The notes beneath the pieces are model-generated. The model had not been told where the DNA came from. It did not search any database and saw only the letters and a program-made list of their open reading frames with translations. A stretch of DNA of 64,000 nt, taken from contig NC_042998.1 of the NCBI RefSeq assembly GCF_006345805.1, forward strand, positions 182,528,001 to 182,592,000. The letters run 5' to 3'. This DNA comes from Octopus sinensis. Its lineage: Eukaryota. This document shows positions 55,455 to 64,000 of this stretch, one piece after another (the stretch's first letter is position 1; every line of letters begins with the position of its first letter). The position numbers and the translations under genes are program-made.

Positions 55455-55518
<64 letters not shown>

Positions 55519-55687
55519 CATATATATGACAGGCTTCTTTCAGTTTCCGTCTACCAAATCCACTCACAAGGCTTTGGTTGGCCCGAGGCTATAGCAGAAG
55601 ACACTTGCCCAAAATGCCACGCAGTGGGACTGAACCCGGAACCATGTGGTTGGTTAGCAAGCTACTTACCACACAGCCACTCCTGCG

Positions 55688-55731
<44 letters not shown>

Positions 55732-55976
55732 CGGAGATGTACTTGCATAGCAAGTGACCTGATCTGAGATTGTGTGCCGAAACAAAAACAATTGCAGTGT
55801 GGAAGGTGCTTATAAACTATTTAAAAATACACAAAAACCGTTAGATTCACTTCAACATTTCAAAGCGACGAAAATATATTGACAAATTAAATTCAAATGT
55901 TGAAGTGAATCTAACGGTTTTTGTGTGTTTTTAAAATGGCTTATTTAATTCCATGCTGCAATTATACATGCATATG

Positions 55977-56019
<43 letters not shown>

Positions 56020-56245
56020 CATAAAATACACCAATCCGACCGTGGCCGTTGCCAGCCTCGCCTGGCACCTGTGCAGGTGGCACATAAAAGGCACCCACTA
56101 CACTCACGGAGTGGTTGGCGTTAGGAAGGGCATCCAGTTGTAGAAACATTGCCAGATAAGACTGGAGCCTGGTGCAGCCTTCTGGCTTCCCAGATCCCCG
56201 GTCGAACCGTCCAACCCATGCTAGCATGGAGAACGGACGTTAAAC

Positions 56246-56278
<33 letters not shown>

Positions 56279-56344
56279 ATATATATATGTATACATTTCT
56301 TTCCCAATTCAAGAAAATCAGATCAATATGTTGAGAATAATTAC

Positions 56345-56395
56345 CGAGTCAAAGTCTGAGTAATCTTCATAAGATACATCTGATGTGTATTTTCC
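56345..56395 (-). CDS. Micro-exon 4 (GKYTSDVSYEDYSDFDS)
   Basis: Acceptor tttttgttattttatAG, donor TCG|GTaatt, 51 nt, phase 0. Confidence 0.8.
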
Positions 56396-56624
56396 CTATA
56401 AAATAACAAAAACGAAAACAGAGGGTTATTTCATTATAGTAATATACATATTAAGTTCATTTCATGGTCACAAATTATGGAAAATATGAATTAACTTTAA
56501 AACATTTAATTAAAGTTGTTTTTGATATCTGAAATTAAGTAGTCAAAGTCATTATTTTAGCATCTGCTTTTTCATGCTTTTATGGATCAGACGGAGTTTA
56601 TTGAGACATCTTATGTTAGTTTAG

Positions 56625-56970
56625 TTAGTTAGTTAGTTAATCTTTTGGCTCAAAAAGCAAAAAGCAAGGCCATGTAGGGGGACATGGAGTTATGTACAGG
56701 GTGGTGTTCATGTAAAGAGTTCAGGCCACTTGTGGTCAAGGGAGACTTTGAACTGAGCGGTCGTCGGCATCTTCACTATCTCGTCCGGCAGCTTATTCCA
56801 CGGATCCGCAACCCGGACGGAGAAAGCCCCTCTCCTTCAATTGAGATGAAATCGTCGCAAATAGAGCTCTGGAGCAGGAGTGAAGAACAGCTCTTTCGAG
56901 AGGTTACACTTTCCGCTTATGATGTTGTGAGCAAGAATGAGATCACCACGGTGTCGTCGTTTTTCTAGAG
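56625..56970 (-). mobile_element. CR1-clade LINE 3' fragment
   Basis: YSLEKRRHRGDLI, FSVRVADPWNKLP, and a (ctaa)n tail. Confidence 0.88.
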
Positions 56971-57181
56971 AATAAAGGTCGAGCGTGCCCTCCCTCCTGT
57001 TGCCAACCCTCACCTGTTTCTGAGCAAGATAATATTTCCCTATGGTCAGACATATTCTTGTAAAATATTGGAAATAAATGAGCACTGCTTGTATGGCAAT
57101 GGCAATCATATTACAACTATCATACAATGTCAAGTCAAGGAGAGACACACACACACAAACGTATGCACACACACATACACG

Positions 57182-57212
<31 letters not shown>

Positions 57213-57814
57213 TGGGTTTCTTTTAATTTCTGTCTACCAAATCCACTCAGAAAGTTTTCAGGGTTATAATAGGAGAAACGCTTGCCTAAGATGCCATGCA
57301 GTGGGCTTGAAATTAGAACTATGTGGTTGGGAAGTAAAATCCTTACCACATAGACATACGTGTACCTAGCCATGCCTGCACCTAACCACACCTGATCCAT
57401 TGTCAAAAAGCAGCTAATGTCTCTGAAATCGAAAATTATAAAATTATAAAATATAATTGCCAACTAAATGTAGAGGTCCCATAGAGGATGATGCTACTGA
57501 TGTTTTTTAGGCCCCAGGAACACATCTCCTCCAGCTGGCTAATGACACACTGTCTCTGTCTGATTTGTATTTGTGAGGGGAGAGAATCATTCTCATCTCT
57601 AGCCTTATATGATGCACACAGATCCGGGTTTCTGGGTAGTAACCTGTTATCAGTGTGTGATAATCATGCACTATGGATGAAAGCTCATTCTGCATGCAAA
57701 ATACTGGCCCTCGATGGGACCGCCACATTTAGTTGGCAATTATATTTTACGTTTCCATACTGCTACTGTTTACTGCTTGCACAGAGATTAATATTGCATA
57801 TATATGTATATATA

Positions 57815-57853
<39 letters not shown>

Positions 57854-58536
57854 TAGATAGATAGATAGATAGATAGGTAGATAGATAGATAGATAGATAG
57901 ATATAGATGTAGATATAGATATATGCATGTATACATACATATATATGTATATACATAAGCATATATGGGTACAGGATGTCATAGAACGTAAACAACATGA
58001 AATACAAAAACATGGAATACAAACTTTTTGCGAACAGCAAAAGAAACAAATGGAAATTAAGACAAGCAACATAAAGAACGACCCTTCATCAGTTGTTGGC
58101 TGTTTTTCTACTCCATATTTCAAGCAATTCACGACAAGATACACCTTTGACAAAGTAAATTAAATAAAATTTGGGATTTTGCGGTGGGTTAAATTTGGTA
58201 ACAAAAATCAGGACAGTGAAACAAACAGAAAGGACTGCTAAGCCTTAACGAGGTGAGGGGGAGAACGCTGGAGGAATGAGCTTTGGCAGGAGACAGACAA
58301 GAATTAGCTTGAAATCACCTCCATGTCTCTTAGGTTAATAGGTTGCTTTGAAAGAATAAAGAAGTATTCCAGATTCTTCAATTGGTCAATGTTGTGGTCC
58401 ACACAGTCAGACAGTTGCCTACAGGTCTCAGGCATTCTGTAAATCCATGTGTATCAATGGCATAATTAGTACATATTGCACAGTGTATAATGTATACAAA
58501 AAAGAATGGTAAGATGAGCTATCCATTCATTTTTCC

Positions 58537-58537
<1 letters not shown>

Positions 58538-58618
<81 letters not shown>
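58538..58618. repeat. (CTA)n microsatellite
   Basis: Perfect trinucleotide run. Confidence 0.95.
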
Positions 58619-58619
<1 letters not shown>

Positions 58620-58679
58620 GCACACATACACATACATACATATATATATATATATATGTGATCTCTTGAGCACCACCAG

Positions 58680-58866
58680 CTCAAATATTTTCTCCTCTGT
58701 CTTCCCTCCTTGGGATCTTTCCTTCTCCTTGTTTCCGACGAAGAGCTCCGCTCGAAACGTTAAACCCTCCTTCCCTTCTTTCCTGAGCGTCAATAATACT
58801 TTAATTGTTCCACGTCCTCGCGTTGCTGTGTTTTTTCTCTTTTTTTCTGTGTTTTCTTGTTTGGAT

Positions 58867-58870
<4 letters not shown>
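58680..58870 (-). mobile_element. Short Penelope-LTR-like repeat. Other copies: 19673-19830(+), 36585-36785(-), 44420-44600(-)
   Basis: gttaatccaaac..gaggacgtggaac..ggacgctcagga..acgtttcgagcggagctcttcgtc motif in four dispersed copies. Confidence 0.6.
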
Positions 58871-58932
<62 letters not shown>

Positions 58933-58967
58933 TTATATACATGTATGTATGTATGTATGTATGTATG

Positions 58968-58998
<31 letters not shown>

Positions 58999-59980
58999 GC
59001 ATGTATACTAAACTTACTACTCAGCGTTGACTGGTAAAGTATTCCCAAAATTGTTTTGTAGAATGGGAATTCATGGTACTTATGCGTGTATATATATTTA
59101 ACCTAACTTCTGGATTTATTTAATTGGAACTATCCAAACAATAGTAATCAATTTACATGAGTAGATTTTTTTTAACAATTTTTTTTTTCCTGAAAATCAC
59201 CTGTTACTTTTATTTTAAAGTGATAGAGAGGAGAAAGTGAAAGATACATGAACGTGTATATGAAATGGATGTCCATGTGCGTGTGTGTGTGTGTGAGCAT
59301 GTGAGAGGGAAAGAGAGAAAGGAGAGAGAGAGAAAGATAGTGTGCCACTTACAAATACATGAAAACACACACGTTCACTCACTCACTCACACACACTCTC
59401 TCTCTCACACACATGCACACATACATGCAAAAAAGATATACACATATATATTGATGTATGTACAACACACCCCTACACTCACTCTCTCTCTCTCTCTCTC
59501 TCTCTTTTCCTGTCTCTCTTTCACTTTAAAGCAAAAGTAAATAAATAAAAAATTTTACGAAAATTAACATACTCTGGATGATGAAATCACATTCAGTTAA
59601 AAATATTTTAAAATTATTAAAATATTGTGTATGTAAAAAAGTCGACGGTATTGTTTTCTTAGAGAGTGCGAAGACTATGTGTGTGTATATATATCACAGA
59701 TAGCAGACGTGTGTTTATGTTAATTGACAAGCCATGACATTCTTTCTATTTGTGTATGTGTGTTGGTGTCATGGAAGCCATCTATTTTTTTGTCAAGAAA
59801 TAATAGAAATTGTGTTTAATCGTTTAAATAAAAGTCCATGTCACACAAATTTGTACTGAACTGCCAACAGTAAGTATGAAAATAAATAAGTACAAAAAAT
59901 TAAGATAAAATATACTATTTCTGAGATATTTCAGTTACACACAAACATCCCTAGAGTTTTAGTATTATCAAGATATATAC

Positions 59981-60028
<48 letters not shown>

Positions 60029-61210
60029 TATAATAGTGTAATAAATAAAATATATGCATACATACATATATGTACGTATCTACAACTACATGTATATATA
60101 CATGCATATATAAATATATATACGTGAGAACAGGACACCACAAATAGACGTAGAACTCAACGAGAAACGAAAACGTAAAAACAAACGTGGAAACGGACCT
60201 AAACGAAAAAAACAGAGTACAAGACAAACTACACAAGGAAAAATCCCCTATCATCAGCTGTCCCTAGTTCAACTCCAGCGTATGGCGTAGGGTCCTGTTG
60301 CCAGACATAGGGTCTTCTAACAGCCATCCAGGTACATCTCAGTTTGCACTGTCCTCAGATTGACACCCAAACATTCTGAAATGGTATTGGAGGTTCTGGC
60401 ATGAATGCCAAGCAGTAGAGCATGTCGTTTCCAAATTTCTGTTGGAGTAAATTGTGTCATGGTGCCCATCTGAACCTACTGAACAGACAGTGCCCAACTG
60501 AACCTACTATACTGTGTAGTTGACAAAATATAAAACAAAGCATGTACAAGCGAAATTAAAAATGTAAAATGGCGACAATTTACTCTGTGTGTGTGTGTGT
60601 ATAATATATGAATAATAATAAAGAGCATGGTGAGATGTACACTCACAAGATTTATTTTTTTGGTTATATGCATCATATTATAATGAACATGTGTTTCTGC
60701 GGCAGTGGCTACTCAAGGTTTCATTTGCAAATGAAACCATACCATATTGTGAGTGCAGCTTCATCAGGGTCTGTCCATTTCGTCATCCTAACAGTTCACT
60801 TTAAGGATGATCAAGTGAACAAACCCTGATGAAGCTGCACTAACAATATTGCAAAGTTAGATTTACAAAAGTAAGTAGTAGCTGAAGCAGAAACACGTGT
60901 ACGTCATTATAATATGTTGTATATAAGTATAAATTACAAGTCCCCATACGTTTTATTCTTATTAATATTAATATATTACTACAGAGAATTTTTACCATTC
61001 AGTGAAGAGTACATGAAATTAACCGTCAGAAGGATTCACAGAGTGACTAATGTAGTGACGCCATGTTACACTAACAACTAAATATTGACAAAGACACTAG
61101 ATACTGATGGTTGTGATTAGCCGTTTACTAGAACTTGACGGAGAGCTAATACGGTATCCACTCGGATAACATAACACTCTAATGGTTGAATAGCTATCTT
61201 AAATAATTAC

Positions 61211-61258
61211 CTTTTCAGTATCCTTGTCATCATCTTTTGGAGTCATAGAAGATGTTCC
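61211..61258 (-). CDS. Micro-exon 3 (GTSSMTPKDDDKDTEK)
   Basis: Acceptor tttcattttattttacAG, donor AAG|GTaatt, 48 nt, phase 0. Confidence 0.82.
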
Positions 61259-63102
61259 CTGTAAAATAAAATGAAATATATAAATAAATTTTATGATTTC
61301 TTTAACGTAGTAGATATATTTTTTGATTTTAGATACTACAACATTTAAATTGATAAGTGTAGAGTCCATATACAGTCAGACAGTTGTCTACTGGTCTTAG
61401 GCATTCTGTAACTCCATATATGTATTAATGGTATAATTGGTACATATTGCAAAATGCATAATTTTCTAAATAAAAAAGAATGGGAAGCTCAGCATATCAC
61501 ATGTATCTCGATAGCATGTTTCTTTATGACAAATATAAAGTACATTATATAATAATTCATAATTCTGCATTGTCACATAACAACCCCATTTAAGAAGCTG
61601 ATATTCAGCCACCATTCCATGAAATACAATCAATCTCTGGGGATTAAGGTCTTTATCCATATAGATTTGACTACAGTTTACCCAGTATCACCTGATGAAA
61701 TGGGATCATTCAGCAACAAAGAGAAATTATGTAACATTAAGTAATGTACTTCGCACCGATAATAAATAATCACACTGTTGAGATGTGTGTAATGATGTTT
61801 TGAGCTATTCATTCAATTTTCTTTTATACACAGTGTAACTCAGTGCTAGAAGCATTATGTCCCACCCACAGATAACAACAAAATTTCCATGTACCCTACC
61901 CCTAGAATCCAAACTACATCTCATCTCCTAAACTGCATCACTTTTATTTCTCATAGTTCCTCTTCATACACTATGATTTTCTTCCACTCCCCATCCTTGC
62001 CTTCAGTGCCCTGCTCATAGTATCGCTACTTTCCCCATCTTTCTCTTTATTTCCAGGTTCCCACCAGCCACTGCATTCCCCACCCTATTCCCTACTCACA
62101 CCTTCTTGGCAATACCTGGCCACATATGTTATGTCCCTGTACCTTGAATGCATGTCCTGGCACTTGCTCCCATTTATCTCTCTTCCTTACTTTGTCATCC
62201 CATCTATGCACTGAATTCCATTGCTTGTGTACATATCCTGGCACTTCACCACTACCTCTCTGCTGCTCTCTGTTGCACTTTTGCTGTCACCCACTCCCTA
62301 TTTCTCTTTCCCTTGCTCTTCCCTCTGGTTGGATAACTATATATCTCCTCTACAGCAGCACACCTGTTCCATCCCTCATTCTTGATTGCTTTCTCTGTCT
62401 TCTCCTGCACTCCCCTCTGGCAAAGTAACTAAGTCTTTCCTTTACAGCAACACACGTTTCTGTTCTCATTCTTGTACCCCCACTTTCCTTTTCCTTCTCT
62501 TCCCCCTCTCTCTTTCTCTCTCTCTCTCTTGGCCTAGTAACCATGTATTCACTCTATAGCAGACACCTGTTTCTGCCTTTCTATCTCTCTGTTACATTCT
62601 AATCTTTCATCAGCTGATGCAAGATCACCTCCTCTAACGTTTCCACTCATCTCAAAATTCCTTGACTTGCAAGTTACTTAGTGACCCTGCTGGTGCTGGT
62701 GCTGGTGCCACATAAAGAGCAGCCAGTCTACACTGTGAAGTGGTTCGCATTTGAAAGAGCATCCAGCTGTAAAACCAATGTCAAAACTGACTTCACATGT
62801 GCTGGTGCCACATAAAAAGTACTCAGTCTTCTCTACAGGGTGGCTGCTGCTAGGAAGGGCAACCAGCAGTAAAAACCACGCCAAAACAAACACAGTAGCT
62901 TGGTGTTGTCTTCTACCTGGCCGGCTCCTGTCAAACCGTCCAACCAATGCTAGCATGGTAGATGGAGGTTAAATGATGGTGACAATGATGACGTGCGTGC
63001 ATGCACGTGCGCGCACACACTCACACACAAAACAATGGTACAGATTGTTAAATAGTTGCTTTAAATCCAGGACAAGCAAATTAATATAGCTTTAATAATT
63101 AC

Positions 63103-63144
63103 CCTGCCAGCACGTGCTCCCCTAGGACTTGCAGCAGATTTACT
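63103..63144 (-). CDS. Micro-exon 2 (SKSAASPRGARAGR)
   Basis: Acceptor ctttccttttgctttacAG, donor GTaatt, 42 nt, phase 0; upstream intron homologous to that of the 61.2-kb exon. Confidence 0.78.
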
Positions 63145-63806
63145 CTGTAAAGCAAAAGGAAAGCATATATATTTATGTTACTATTAAAAAGGTAAATATA
63201 TTTCTTGATTCTAAACAGCACAATTGTTCAGTGAAGACTCTATACAAAGTCAGACAGTTGCCTACTAGTCTTAGGCATCCTGTAAATCCATGTATGTATC
63301 AATGGCATAATTGGTACATATTGCAAAGTGCATCATTTTGTATAAAAAAGAGAATGGAAAGCTCAGCATATCACCACATGCATTTCAATAGCATGGTTAT
63401 TTATGACGAATGCAAAGTACATTAAATAACATTACATAATTCTGCATCGTCACATAACAATCCTGTTTCATCAGGTAACCTTCAGCAACCATTCTGTGAA
63501 ATACAATCAGTCTTTGGAGAAAAAGATCTTTATACTCATAGATTCGACTTTGTCTTACCCAGTATAGCCTAAGGAAATTTTGTGGTTATGCAACAATGCA
63601 AAATTATGCACATTGCACTGGTAGTAGATAATTGCACTATTAAGATGTCTGAGCTCTCCATTAAATATTCTTTACAACACACACACACACACATACACAC
63701 ACACAACACAAAACAGACACACACACACACACACATAATGATATTAATAGTTGAATAATTGCATTTCAATTCAGGACAAACAAATTTATATCTCTTAAAT
63801 AATTAC

Positions 63807-63851
63807 TTTGTCAGCATCCACGAGGTCATAATGGCTGATTTTCTCGGTAAA
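63807..63851 (-). CDS. Micro-exon 1 in window of unknown minus-strand gene (FTEKISHYDLVDADK)
   Basis: Acceptor tatatgctttcatttAG, donor GTaatt, 45 nt, open in phase 0. Confidence 0.72.
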
Positions 63852-64000
63852 CTAAATGAAAGCATATATATATATACACACACATATATATACATACATA
63901 CATACATACATATATATATGTAACAAACACCATCCGAGTGTGGCCGTTCGCCAGCCTCGTCTGGCACCTGTGTCGGTGGCACATAAGAAAACACCATCCG

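Noticed and set aside
55820-55935. Short hairpins at 55820-55935, 60746-60849, 25349-25548, 18325-18438 and 57449-57748 as structured ncRNAs
   Set aside because: The inverted arms match the fold-back ends typical of Penelope/MITE remnants that are abundant here, and no ncRNA motif was recognised.
57393-57440. Minus-strand acceptor ttttcgatttcAG as an additional micro-exon
   Set aside because: Phase 0 reads AGA CAT TAG (stop), the nearest donor gives 31 nt, and it abuts a Penelope inverted-repeat end.

Overview
Eukaryotic, AT-rich, microsatellite- and transposon-dense DNA. The SINE, RTE, CR1, Penelope and mariner repeat families strongly suggest a coleoid cephalopod (Octopus-like) genome; this is an inference from repeat families. 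Almost all ORFs in the supplied track are microsatellite noise or transposon fragments. Reading the minus strand by hand reveals a hidden gene spanning the whole window: 19 short exons of 42-57 nt (969 nt, 323 aa in total). Each has a U-rich ...TTTTAYAG-type acceptor and a GT donor, each is a multiple of 3 long, and each is open in phase 0. Together they encode a Ser/Thr/Lys/Glu/Asp-rich, probably disordered, modular peptide. The start and stop codons lie outside the window. The exons arose by repeated exon-plus-intron duplication in at least three age classes. The youngest class is a ~3-kb tandem unit (1-11967), organised as a duplicated ~6-kb A+B dimer. Its introns are nearly identical, yet exon A and exon B differ at 15/54 nt, and every differing codon changes the amino acid. 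I cannot name the gene. It resembles a frame-symmetric micro-exon cassette system under rapid diversification.
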